In this document: in pieces, positions 47,319 to 63,998 of the stretch | Numbering within the stretch: the first letter of the stretch is position 1 | How the letters are laid out: every line of letters begins with the position of its first letter | Assembly (NCBI GenBank): GCA_050613775.1 | Contig: JBODTK010000013.1 | Span: forward strand, 1,178,001 to 1,242,000 | Reading direction: 5' to 3' | Length of the DNA: 64,000 bases | Source: Neocallimastix sp. 'constans' | Taxonomy: Eukaryota | Position numbers and translations under genes: made by a program | The notes under the pieces: generated by a model | Database searches by the model: none | Told to the model about the DNA's origin: nothing | Seen by the model: only the letters and a program-made list of their open reading frames with translations

Positions 47319-50300
47319 TCAGTTTTCATTTGTAATGAAAATTTGATTTGCAAAGGTTGTCATTTTAGTTCCATTAACGCATTTTGTTAATGTGTCAGCT
47401 AGCATTTTATCGGTACTGATATATTTTAATTTAATTAAATTTTTCTCAATATTGTCTTTATTAAAATGATATTTGATTGAAATATGTTTTAATTTTGGAT
47501 TTAATTCCCCATTTTCCATTGAAATTTTACTTGCATTATTATCAGTGAATAATGTTAGTGGTTTGTTAAATTTGAATAATTCATATAAGATATTTTTAAT
47601 TCTTAATAATTTCTTTATACATACTGATGCACTTATGTATTCAGCTTCTGCTGTTGATGTGGCGACAACTGACTGTTTTTTCGAAGTCCAGGATATTGGA
47701 TTATTTCCCATTAAGATAATATTACCTGACGTTGATTTTCTGTCAGTAACATCACCAGCGAAGTCTGAATCTGTGTAACCTACAATGTTACCAGTGCCAT
47801 CATATTTAATTTTATAATTTTTAGTGACTTTTAAATATTGTAATATAGCTATAACTTTGCGCCAGTCAGATACTGTTGGATTTTCTGAATTTCTAGCGGT
47901 TTTATTAACTGAAAATGCAATGTCGGGTCTGGTACATTTTGATAAATATATTAACATACCAATTGCACTTTTATATTTGGTTTTGTCGAATGGTTGATTA
48001 TTTTCAGATTTAGTATTGTCACCAACACATGGTGTTCTTCTTACTCTTTGGTTGTTAATATTAAATTTTTTTAGAATATTGTTTATAAATTGAGTTTGTG
48101 ATAATGAATATGTTTTATTATTATTTTCGACTTTAATTCCTAATAAGTAGTCAATCGGTCCAGATTTTGAGATTTTAAATTTATTTTTAATTTTATTGAA
48201 AATTTTGTTAATTTCTTCCTTTTCGCCAGTAACAATCATATCATCTACATATAAGCCTATTATACAAACTAATTTTCTGTTAATAACTTTCTTAAAAACA
48301 CAACTTTCGGATTTTAGTTGCTCCATTCCTTGTTCTATTAAAAATTTTGAAATAGTTTTATACCATTGTCGGCCAGATTGTTTTAAACCGTACAGTGCTT
48401 TGTTTAGTTTCCAATATCCCCTCCCAAAGTTAGGATCTCCAGGGGGAATTTTAACGTAAATGTCCTTGTCTAAATTCGCGTTGAGATACGCAGCTTTGAT
48501 ATCTAATTGTAGAATATCCCATTTAAATTTAGCAGCGAGAGCGATAAGAAGCTTAAGACAATCAATATTTAAAGTAGGTGAGAAAGTCATTTCGTAATCA
48601 ATACCATATTTTTGAATAAAGCCTTTAGCAACAAAGCGGGCTTTATGTTTAATTACATGTCCAAGGCCATCGGTTTTAAGAGCGTAAACCCATTTGGAAG
48701 GAATAGGTTTCTTACCATCTGGAATAGTATTAACAAAAGTCATAATTTTATTGGTGTAAAGATTATCAAGTTCATTATCCATAGCTTTTTCCCATAGAAC
48801 ATGGTCTTTGCAATTTGTGGCTTGGAAAAATTATTGTGGCACAAAATATTCCAAGGAAGCAATAATTTTAGAATTAAAGTTTGATCTACGAAATTTTTGC
48901 GATTGGGAAGGTGTTAAATCGTCTGAAAGTGACCTTTTATGAAAATTAAAATTAAAATGATTTTTATCATGTAAAAAATTATTTTTCTTAATTATATATT
49001 GATTATTTGAAAATAAATAATCGATATTTCCATTTTCAAAATTTTTATTATTTTTGAAATGAAAGTTACTCCTATGATGAGGTAAATTAATTCTATTGAA
49101 AGGATTAGTATTAAAAGAATTTTGGTTATCTATGTGTAATTCTTTAACACTTCTTCTGCCGTTAAAAGGGAACTTTTTGTCAATGTAAGAAGAGATAATA
49201 TTATTTCTATTAAACATAGTGTTTCCTTGAGAAGAAGAAGGAAAATTATAATAATTTGAGTTTGATAAATTTTTTGATTGCAATATATTGTTAGTAGTAC
49301 TGGTAGATATATTATTTTTAATATTTGTTTCAGAAAAATTTTTATTAAAATTATCTATATTTATATTAGATTTATTAGAAGACATATTGGTTTGTTCATT
49401 GACTTTTTCTTGATTATTAAATTTCATATTAATTAAGGTTTCGTCATTAATATCAAAAAATTTTTCTTCATCAAAAATTTCATTATTATTTTGAGTTTTA
49501 GAAATTCTAACTTTATTATTATTTGAATTTCCAGAAAAATTTTTTTCATGATTAAAATTATTATTTGATAAGGTTTCATTTAAATTTTTGTCTTTGTTTA
49601 TTGAATTTTCTTCATTTTTTGAAAAATTTTTATTATCAGAAAAATTTTCATCAGATGAATTTTTGAAATTATCTTGATTTTTGACATTTTGGTCCTCTTC
49701 TTCTTGAATTTTTGTAGGAATGTCCTTACCGATATTATTAGAAATATTGGTATCATTTTGATCCTCAGTTGCTGGGCTTTTACCTTTGTCTTTTTTGGGT
49801 AAATGTTCGTTATTTGAATTTTTATGAATTTGTTCATTAAGTCCAGTAGGTAATTTCTTTGAAGAAGGTCCCAAATTTTTGTTATTTTTCTTGAAATTTC
49901 CGTTATATTTATTTTCAGAAGATTTGTCATTGTGATGGCTATGATCTAGATTGTCTTCCCCAGAAAATTGTGGTGAATTTTTTTTTGAAAAATAGAAATC
50001 AAAGGCTAAAAAGTCTTGGTCCCCATATTGATTAATTTTATTATTTGCTAATTTAATATTAGCAGGAGTATCCTCAAGACAGTATATTTCTCTACAGTAG
50101 TGGATTGAATAATCGTGAAAATCCATAATGATGTAACTGTTTGATTTTTCACTAAACCCAAGAAAAATTCCTTTCTTGGAATTAGGTGAAAATTTTGATT
50201 TGTTTTGACTTCTGTCAATATAAAAAGAGATGCATCCGAATACTTTGATATGATTAATTTTTACTTTATTCATATAGAAGATTTCATCTGGAATTTTATT

Positions 50301-52607
50301 ATGAATTCCAGAATGAGGAACTTTGTTGTATATATAATTGGCATATAATATCGCGAAGTCCCAAAAATTTTCACTTAGTCCACTCCAATATAGCAAGGTT
50401 TTTGCGCAGGAAACAATAGTTAAGTTAAATCTTTCGCATAATCCGTTATTTTCTGGATTATAAGGGGGAGAAAAAACCTTTTCTATTCCATTTTCATTGC
50501 AAAAGTAATCAATTTTCTTGTTTTTATATTCCTTTTCGTTATCAGATTTAAAAACTTTTATTTTATAATCTTTGTATTTATTATTTAACATTCTTAAGGT
50601 ATTAATGATAATGTCTGTAGCTTCTGATTTACTCTTCATAATAAAGACCCATGATTTTCTTGATACTTCATCTAGGATAGTTAGTATAAACCTTTTTCCT
50701 GTGTATGATGTGTTAATTGGACCAATAATATCCGAGTGGATAACTTCTAATATTTCTTTGGCTCTGGGAGGAATTTTATTGTGTGGATTGCGTTTCATTT
50801 TCGCGATTCTGCAATCGTCACACTTATCTAAGTTAATTTCATAATGGTTTAGGAAGTTTTTCAAATCTTCTTGGTAGAAATGGCCAAACCGTCGATGCCA
50901 AATTAGTTCTTCAGCATTACGAAAATTTTGAATTGCCATAATATTATTCTTAGAGTTTCTTTCGTTTTCAATATTGAAATGAGTAACTACAATTTTAACT
51001 TCATTGTTATTATTAGCTTGGAATGTGGCAATAATATTATAATTGTTATCTAAAATTCTGAGGATAATATTATTGTGTTTATCCTTTTCTGTCAAGGTTT
51101 TAACATCTTGTTTTGCCCATTCTATTCCACTAATAATATTTTTAGCTACTTCTTTTGAATATAATACTTTGTTAAATTTAAAATGATAATTATTAATAGT
51201 AAATTCAAATTCACCATGGCCTTCAAAATAGCAATAAGTATTATTTGCACATCTTAACTTTATTTTTTCTTTTTTAAAATTTTTAAGCAGACTTAGATCA
51301 TTAGTTATATGTTCACCAGCACCTGAATCATATAACTATTCTGATGTTTCTTTTTTATTGTAATTAATATTAAAAATTTCATTTGTATTATTTGTATTTA
51401 TTTCCTTTTTATTAATATTATTTATAAAAATTTCTTTAGCTAAATTTAATTTATTTTCTACTCGTGTTATTATATTATTTTTAATTAAAACTTCATTTTT
51501 AACGTCTTCTTTATCATAATTTATGAAACAATTTGATTTTTCAGATTCTTGATATTCATCTGAATCATCATCATCCACATATTTTCCTTTGCTTTTAGGA
51601 TTATAATATTTATAAAACATTGGGCGGATATCATCATACGATACATTTTCGTTGTATTCATTATTTAAATTAATGTATCTAACGGCTCTTCCATTTTGCC
51701 CATTATAATGTGGATGATAATTGTTTCTGTATTTTTGTTCATCTTGAGTGTAGTACTTGTTATATAATCCTTTTGGATTTCTTGGATTATATCTACATTC
51801 TTTGGTGGAATGGCCTCCTTTTTCACATATTTCACAGAATTTATTATTATTGCTATATTTATTACTATTAAATTTATCTTTATTGTTTTGTTTCCTTGGA
51901 TTTCCTTTTTTGGGAAAATTTTTATTATTGTTCTTGTTTTTTAAATTTTTCCTATCCTTGTGTCCAAGTTTCCCAGCATAATCTATATCCATCGGATCAT
52001 CAGAGTCATTTCCATTTTGGGTAACATCGTCGACATAAATCCAGGTGTTTATGTCGTTTACGATGGTGGTCCTAAGATTTTCAGCATTTTCATTGCCATT
52101 TAATGTTATTTTCTTTTTGTAACTTGTAGGCAATGATTTTAATATGTATTTAACTTTTTCCTTTTCGGAAATATTATTTCCGGAAGATTCCATACTTTTA
52201 AATAATTTAAATAGTCTTTTTAAGGTAAATGGAATATCTTCCTCTTTCTTCGCTTTTACTTCTCTTAATTTATTCATCCATTGAGTCATATCATTTTCAT
52301 TGAGTTTGTACTCCCCTTCTAAATATTCGATTATTTCACGAGGGGTAGTCATTCCGATTATGTCCTCATGAATTTTGGTACATATGGTATTTTTTATGAT
52401 GTAGCGGACTTTTGTATTATTCCTTCTTGCATTTTCTATATCGTCCGCATTACTATTTGTGGCCTTTTCTTTTTCTTTTACTACATCTTTTATTAGATAT
52501 TCCTCTAAGCCATCCTTTTCGAGGACATCTTTCAAACTATCATACCATATGTTATAATTTTTGCCATTCAATATGGCTTCCTTTTTGAAAAATAAAGATT
52601 CGTTCAT
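47319..52607 (-). pseudogene. Copia gag-pol of element D: single frame broken by two stops (TAG 51336-51338, TAA 48831-48833)
   Basis: The three track ORFs are in the same frame and the gaps are open: CEICEKGGHSTKEC, *LYDSGAGEH, IWHRRFGH..CDDC, IHSD/SDN/ERFN, VPQ*FFQA...WEKAM, LDIKAAYL, YVDD, YTDSDFA. Confidence 0.9.
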
Positions 52608-52618
52608 AAATATTTTAT

Positions 52619-52658
<40 letters not shown>

Positions 52659-52810
52659 AAATTAGTATTATAATGATTTTGTGTTTTATTAAAAACAATT
52701 TTGTGTTATATTAAACAATTTTATTTATATTTTATTTAATTATTATTTTATTTTATTAAAGATATTTTATATTATTTTATCTTTGTTTTATGAGAATGTT
52801 AAGAGTACAA

Positions 52811-52825
52811 ATGAGACTCTTAATC
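52811..52825 (-). promoter_or_regulatory. PBS complementary to the anticodon arm of tRNA-Lys(CUU)
   Basis: Plus-strand ATGAGACTCTTAATC directly abuts the 5' LTR; same core as the PBS of element C. Confidence 0.82.
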
Positions 52826-53163
52826 TATTAAAGAAATTTATTTAATTATTAATTATTCATACATTTATTTATTTATTATAAAATATTATATTGACGAAAG
52901 TCGCGAATTTTCGTCTAAAGAATAAACAAATATTTTTATATAAACTATATTATTATTTCACGTGAATAAACAAGAATAAAGAGATTATTTACATGCGCAT
53001 GATAAATTTAATGATTTACATTTAATTATGTATTAACATAAATAATGTTAATTTACATTTTAAGTTTAGTTTTTACATAAATATTTATGATTTATATTTT
53101 CTATTATTTAATTATAAACTTAAATTGTTAAGTTTATTTATTTATATTATTTAATACTTTAAC

Positions 53164-53378
<215 letters not shown>

Positions 53379-53576
53379 GTTATAATAATTTTACTTATTA
53401 TATATTAAGTCCCAGTTAATCAAAATTCATTGTAATCAAATCAATAATAACACTATTGACCTAAATTTTAAAAAGACATAACAATTAAAAAAAAAAAAAA
53501 TCTTTCAAAACTAAATGAGGACCAAAATATAACAAAAATTAAAAATAAAATTAAAAGAAAAAAAAAAATAAAAAAA

Positions 53577-55227
53577 AAAAATAAAATAAAATAAAATAAA
53601 TAGTAGAATATTAAATATAAAGTACAGATTGAATAAAATAAAATAAAATAAAATAAATAGTAGAATATGAATATAAGTACAGATTGAATAAAATAAAATA
53701 AAATAAAATAAATAGTAGAATATGAATATAAGTACAAATTGAATAAAATAAAATAAAATAAAATAAAATAAAATAAAATAAAATAAAATAAAATAAAATA
53801 AAATAAAATAAAATAAAATAAAATAAAATAAAATAAAATAAAATAAAATAGATAGTAGAATATTAAATATAAAGTACAGATTGAATATAATAAAATAAAA
53901 TAAAATAAAATAAAATAAAATAAAATAAAATAAAATAAAATAAAATAAAATAAAATAAAATAAAATAAAATAAAATAAAATAAAATAAAATAAAATAAAA
54001 TAAAATAAAATAAAATAAAATAAAATAAAATAAAATAAAATAAAATAAAATAAAATAAAATAAAATAAAATAAAATAAAATAAAATAAAATAAAATAAAA
54101 TAAAATAAAATAAAATAAAATAAAATAAAATAAAATAAAATAAAATAAAATAAAATAAAATAAAATAAAATAAAATAGATAGTAGAATATTAAATATAAA
54201 GTACAGATTGAATATAATAAAATAAAATAAAATAAAATAAAATAAAATAAAATAAAATAAAATAAAATAAAATAAAATAAAATAAAATAAAATAAAATAA
54301 AATAAAATAAAATAAAATAAAATAAAATAAAATAAATAGTAGAATATGAATATAAGTACAAATTGAATATAATAAAATAAAATAAAATAAAATAAATAGT
54401 AGAATATGAATATAAGTACAAATTGAATATAATAAAATAAAATAAAATAAAATAAAATAAATAGTAGAATATGAATATAAGTACAAATTGAATATAATAA
54501 AATAAAATAAAATAAAATAAAATAAAATAAAATAAAATAAAATAAAATAAAATAAAATAAAATAAAATAAATAGTAGAATATTAAATATAAAGTACAGAT
54601 TTAATAAAATAAAATAAAATAAAATAAAATAAAATAAAATAAAATAAAATAAAATAAAATAAAATAAAATAAAATAAAATAAAATAAAATAAAATAAAAT
54701 AAAATAAAATAAAATAAAATAAAATAAAATAAAATAAAATAAAATAAAATAAAATAAAATAAAATAAAATAAAATAAAATAAAATAAAATAAAATAAAAT
54801 AAAATAAAATAAAATAAAATAAAATAAAATAAAATAAAATAAAATAAAATAAAATAAAATAAAATAAAATAAAATAAAATAAAATAAAATAAAATAAAAT
54901 AGATAGTAGAATATTAAATATAAAGTACAGATTGAATATAATAAAATAAAATAAAATAAAATAAAATAAAATAAAATAAAATAAAATAAAATAAAATAAA
55001 ATAAAATAAAATAAAATAAAATAAAATAAAATAAAATAAAATAAAATAAAATAAAATAAAATAAATAGTAGAATATGAATATAAGTACAAATTGAATATA
55101 ATAAAATAAAATAAAAAGTAGAATATGAATATAAGTACAAATTGAATATAATAAAAAAAAAATAAATTAAATAGTAGAATATGAATATAAGTACAAATTG
55201 AATATAATAAAATAAAATAAAATAAAA
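53577..55227. repeat. Compound satellite: 13 copies of a ~31-33-bp unit separated by variable (AAAAT)n runs
   Basis: Units AGTAGAATATTAAATATAAAGTACAGATTGAAT (type a) and AGTAGAATATGAATATAAGTACARATTGAAT (type b). Confidence 0.93.
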
Positions 55228-56082
55228 TTAAAATTTTATCTGATCTATATTTTATATACATCGTATACATCATCTTTTTTATTATAATTTTTATTCATAT
55301 TTCAATTTATAATAATGCAAAAAAAAAAATAAACTTAAGGGATGAATTTTATATTTTTGCTATAATAATAAAATATTTAGGTATTATCTATAAAAATTGT
55401 TTCATATATTCATTTTATTTTTATTATATTTCAATTATTATAATCTTTTATTTTAATTTTTAATTTTTTTTTTTTTAAAAAAAATAATTTTATTATTTTA
55501 AAGTCGTATATACGAATCAAATTGTTTCAATGTAAATTAAAACTGATATTTTATTGAGGAAACTATTTAATATAAAAATATCCTTAAAAATAGATTAAAA
55601 ATAGAAAAAAAAAATTAATTAATTAATATTTATAAATAAACCTTATAAATCTAAAATAATTAATTTATTTTATTTAAATTTTTAGATTTAGTCTTTTTTT
55701 TTTTTTTTTTCAAATTTTATTATATATTAGTTAATTTATTATATATTTTTAAAATAGATTAATTTTTTTTATAATTATTTTTTTTATATGTTAATTATTT
55801 TTTATCTTAATTAGAAATTCAAATGGAATAAAGGATTTTAACATGATTATAAAATTAATAATCATACTAATAATTAAATCTATAATAATTATTTTCTTAT
55901 ATTAGACTTATACAACTTCGTCGTTCTGATGAAGGAGCCACGTTAGATCTCTTTTGTTTAAAATGTCCTAATGTTACACCATTTTAAATACAACCTAGTA
56001 AGAAAACTTGTTTGAAAACTATAATATAACAAAATTATTAAGAAAATATTTTATTGTTAACAATTAAGTGACATTTATTGCA

Positions 56083-56230
56083 ATTAGTATAATTAGTATA
56101 ACTAGTATAATTAATATAACTAGTATAACTAGTATAATTAGTATAACTAGTATAATTAATATAACTAATATAACTAGTATAATTAGTATAACTAGTATAA
56201 TTAGTATAACTAGTGTAACTAGTGTAACTA
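56083..56230. repeat. 9-bp minisatellite (TAACTAGTA/TAATTAGTA variants)
   Basis: About 16 imperfect tandem units; source of the YTS/ITS repeat ORFs. Confidence 0.85.
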
Positions 56231-57119
56231 TTCCTATATATCAAATTATTTAAATTATATTACAATTAATTATCATTTGCATTTTTAATATTAAATATGA
56301 AATAGTAACTATATCATAAATTATCAAACTAAATTTAATATATTCCTTTGTTCATGATATAATCCATTTCTTATGTTACATTTTCAATATTTAAAAAAAG
56401 ATCATAATTTATACTTTATATAAATTATATATATTTATAAAATTTCGACTGGTAGGTTTTTTTCTATTCTAATTAAATGATATTATAATTACTAATAATT
56501 AATAAAATGTTTATAAAATTATTATCTTGAATAGTTTATTCATATATATAAATAAAATTGATATAATAATTTTTTAGTATAGGTATTAATTTTACAATAT
56601 TTTTTTGTTTATTTTTTATTTTTTTTTTTTTAATTTTATTTAATTTTTATTTTTAGTTTAATATTTTTTATTAAATTATTATATATATATTTTTTATCTT
56701 TTTAATATATTTATTTATTTTTTTTATTTTTTTTTTCTTATCTTATTTTAAGTTATCACTAATTGATATTTCATTTGATGAACGATTTTTATAATTATTT
56801 AAATAAAAATATTTGTTGAATATTTGTTGATAGTAAATATTTTTAGAGTTCATAATTTTATTGTAAATTATTAATTATAATTCATTATATATTTTTTTTA
56901 AAATAGATTATTTTTTATTTATTTATTTAATTTTTTTATATTTATTAATTTAATTATTTTTTATTTTAATTAGAAATTCAAGGAATTAAAGGTATTAACA
57001 TGATTATAAAGTTAATAATCATAAAAATAATTACATCTATAATAATTATTTTCTTTTATTACGTCGGACTAGAAGAATATTTTTATTTGAAAATAATCAA
57101 TAAAATGATTATAAAGTTA

Positions 57120-57655
57120 TTATCTTGAATAATTTTGTTTATTCATATATTTTTCTCTTAATTGTTTTGTTCTTCTTTGTCTATTCAATCTTGAGTGTTC
57201 CATACTATTAGCAATTATAATAGCTATATCTTCAACATCGTTCAAGTTAAATAATCCTAGAGAAGCTACTCTAAATGTCCCATTGAATAAACTTTTTAAT
57301 TTATCATTAACATCATGTTTAATATAAAATTTTGTTACATTAGCAAGAGGATTTTTCATTCCATCTAAAGTTTTTTAAAGCATTTTCTTTATCGAATTCG
57401 CCCTCTATTCCAAAGGCAGACATGGACATTTCATTCATCATGTTTCTTAAAATATTATTAGATTGAGTACCTAATTTTAAATAATTTCTTTAATTACATT
57501 CGAATTTTCAGGGTCATTTAATTCATTTTCTATAAATTCTGGAACAAGGGCACCCATAACTTCATTAAAAGTAAGAAAATACATTTTCAAGATCTTCACC
57601 TGTATCAGAAGCACCTTCATATAAGACATCATTAAAAAACAATTCCACACCATTA
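57120..57655 (-). pseudogene. Frameshifted C-terminal fragment of an unknown protein-coding gene
   Basis: Coding-like composition: ANGVELFFNDVLYEGASDTG.../FNEVMGALVPEFIENE.../MKNPLANVTK...NYSR*. No family recognised; abuts element F. Confidence 0.4.
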
Positions 57656-57657
57656 GC

Positions 57658-59755
57658 AGAAAATTTATGCTTATATTGTGGTTCTCCTACTCACTCTATT
57701 AAGGATTGTCCTGAAAAATTAATAAAGATGAATCTTCTTCAAGTACTACTTTAGTTTCTAAACCTCTTTCGAATTCTACTCTTAATCAATTCAATAACTC
57801 CAAATCTTCTCAAAGTCTTTTCAATTTTACTCTTGAATTCAATAACTCTTCTATCCCAATTGATGTATTAGTAGATTCTAGTTCATGTTATAATCTTATT
57901 GATGATACCTTTGTTAAAAGTAACGATATTCCTACTACTTCCATTGATAATACTCACAAAATCCATGGTATTGGTGGTATTCAAACTCTTTCTCTGCAAA
58001 CAATTCAGCCACTCTCAAATATTCCAACCACCGTTGTATTACTTCCTTTTATGTTACTAACTTACCTTCTTGTAATTGTATTCTTGGATTCGATTGGTTA
58101 AAGACTCATAATCCATCTATTTAGTTCGCCATTATAAAACTCCTCTTTAACTCAATCATTGCAACTCTAATTGTCTTGTAATTCCTTCTTCTTATCTAGT
58201 AACTCCTTGTGAACAATCTCCTACTAATAAAGCTAATATTAAGATTTTTACTTCTTTTCCAATTTCTAACACTTCTTCTAGCTCTAATTCTTCCTCATAT
58301 CCTACTGATTTGAAACTCTATCTAAGAAACTTCCTAAAGAACTTGTTGAATATATTGATGTTTTCAACGAAGCTATTATTAATGTTCTCCCCCTTCACCG
58401 ACCTTACGATTGTGAGATTAAAATTAAAGATGACAGCAAACTTTATTATGGTCCTATATACCCTCTTACTGCCGAAGAATCTGATGCTCTTGAAGAATAT
58501 ATTAAAGAAAACTTTGCTAAAGGATTTATAAGAAAAATCGAAATCTCCAGCTGTTGCTATGTTGATTTCTTCTTTTAGTGATGAAGTCCTTTCTTCTTAT
58601 TTTAATATTTGTAACTATTTAGATAATCCTAAACCTCCAATCTCTCATCCACAAGTTGATAAATTTACCTTAAGTAACAGTTTCCTTATATTTAATAATA
58701 AAATTTATATCCCACCTAATTTCCATTCTTTCATCCTCAAGATTTGTCATGACTCTCCAGCTGCAGGACACTTAAGTATTAAGAAAACTTCCTCTCTCAT
58801 ATCTCGCGATCTCTGGTGGCCTTCTCTCAGTTCTGATGTTGCTGATTATGTTCGTTCTTGCGAAACTTGCTCTCGTTCAAAGCCATCTCGTCATAAGCCT
58901 TATGGATTCCTTAAACCTCTTGCCATTGCTGATCGTCCTTGGTCATCTATTTCAATGGATTATATTACGGATCTCCCTTCATCTAATGGTTTCACTTGTA
59001 TTCTTGTTATTATAGATCGATTAACTAAAATGGGTCATTTTATTGCTTTTACTGGTATTCCTTCTGCTGAAGAAATTGTTATTGCTTTCATTAATGGTAT
59101 CTTTTGTCTTCGTGGTCTTCCTACCGAAATTATTTCTGATCGTAATTAACAATTCACTTCCAAATTTTGGAAAGCTGTATGCCAAATTTTATCTGTTGAT
59201 CTTAAATTTTCTTCTCCCTTTCACCATCAAACGAACGGCCAAACGGAGAGAGTGAACTCCGTTATTGAACAATATTTAAGATGTTTCTCTAACTATAAAG
59301 GAACCAATTGGAGTAAATTTATAAAGTTATCTGAATTTAGTTACAACAATGCAATCCAAGAATCTGCAAAACAATCACCATTTTTCTTGAATTATGATTA
59401 TCATCCCAAATATTCACCTGTTATTCCAAATAAAGTTAATGTTCCTAGAGCTGAAGAATTTACCTGAAATTTAAACGAGTTATTAGAACAATTAAAAGTA
59501 AATCTCAAACTAGCAAACGAAACACAGAAGAAATTTGCAGATAAATACAGAAGCAAACCACCCGATTTCATAGTTAATGACAAAGTTTGGTTAGATAGTT
59601 CTCTAATACTTCACTCTAGCAATAAGAAATTTAATCCTCGTAAATTAAGACCATTTAAGATAATGAAGAAAATCTCTGAAGTTTCGTTTAAATTGAAATT
59701 ACCCAAAAACATTAAAATTCATCCTATTGTGCATGTATCTAGTTAAGAACCCTAC
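57658..59755 (+). pseudogene. Degenerate chromovirus-like element 'F' (CCHC, PR, RT stub, IN), related to A and E
   Basis: [42 protein letters not shown], then a jump to the IN region CHDSPAAGH, SMDYITDLP, HHQTNGQTERVN; stops and frameshifts; cut at 59755. Confidence 0.88.
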
Positions 59756-59959
59756 TGTAAAGATATAATCAATATCTTTTGTACATTAATTAATTTATTT
59801 TGTACATTAAATTATTTAATGTAATTCAAGTTTACAAAATAATGTTAATGAATTAAATTATGTAAAATATATTAATTTATGAAATTAATTGATTTATGAA
59901 AATTGATAATTTATATTTTTTATAATATATAAATTTAAAATATAAGATTAATTTCTAAA
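59756..59959 (+). mobile_element. Start of an LTR inserted into F and itself interrupted by element E
   Basis: Begins TGTAAAGATAT like the solo LTR at 16670, exactly where F's reading breaks (EPY|); rich in ATGTAA/TACAT motifs. Confidence 0.6.
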
Positions 59960-60570
59960 TGTAACGAATATTGGAATATCCGTGTTTTAAAGAGTGTAAC
60001 ACAATAGGTAAGCACTTTTTGATTAATAAGTAATTTGGTTTTTTAAAATATAGTTTTATTAATTAAGAAATTTAAAAATATTAATTATAAAGATTAATTA
60101 TTGTAATATTTCGAATTACTTATTAATTAATTCAATAATTAATAAAAACACAATTTTTAAAAAATATTTTTTTTTTTTGGCTGCGAAATTCACTCCTATT
60201 TATAGTTTTTCAAAATTTAAATCCATAAAAATTTAAAACCATAAAATCATTAAAAAGTTTCATAAAAATTGATTATTTTCGGTTAAAAAGAATCTAAAAG
60301 AAATAATGATAAAAGATAAATTAAAATAGAATTTCTATCTGATTTGTTTCTATTAATTTCTAAGAATTTCTTTTGTTAATTTTTTACAGAAATTTATACA
60401 GAAACAAATACAGAAACAAATACAGAAATGAAGTATAAAAATTCTTTAAAATTTAAATGATATAAAATTTTAGTAAAGGTGTGAGTCGAACCCTAGTGGT
60501 TCAGGCTGAGGTCATAGTGACTAACCACTATGCCAGCATTCTAATTTCTAGTTTTTTAAGATTCGTTACA
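59960..60570 (-). repeat. 3' LTR of element E
   Basis: Terminal IR, adjacent PPT AGAGGAGGA, minus-strand TATAAATAG near 60200. Confidence 0.88.
60483..60535 (-). promoter_or_regulatory. tRNA-like Pol III A box + B box in U3 of LTR E
   Basis: TGGCATAGTGG (fits TGGCNNAGTGG) and GGTTCGACTC; same spacing and same offset (LTR position 36) as in LTR A. Confidence 0.7.
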
Positions 60571-60890
60571 TGGTCCTCCTCTAGGATTCGGATGCCAGAC
60601 GAATCTTTTGCTTTAAATCTAAACTATTTCTAATTCTAACTTTTATAATAATAAACTATAACTAAAATACTTATAGGAGTGATAATTTAATTAATACATT
60701 GAATAATAAAAATTACATGAATTTTAAGTTTTAAAAATAAAGTATAAAAATAAAACTATCTAGAATAAATGTTTTTGAATAATATAAAATAATTTTTTTT
60801 TTTTTTTTTTTTTTTTAAAATAATCATAAGTTAGAATGATTAATAGTACTTTGATGAAATAAAATTTATTTTTGATTAAATGATTTATAT

Positions 60891-63998
<3,108 letters not shown>

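Noticed and set aside
53577..55227. CRISPR-like array
   Set aside because: Spacers are (AAAAT)n microsatellite of very variable length, not unique sequences; eukaryotic context; no cas genes.
53468..55273. Long FILFY-repeat ORFs
   Set aside because: Translation artefacts of (TTTTA)n, which lacks stop codons.
55926..55990. Hammerhead ribozyme (CTGATGA)
   Set aside because: No stem II followed by GAAA or stem III found; CTGATGA falls within a simple local hairpin.
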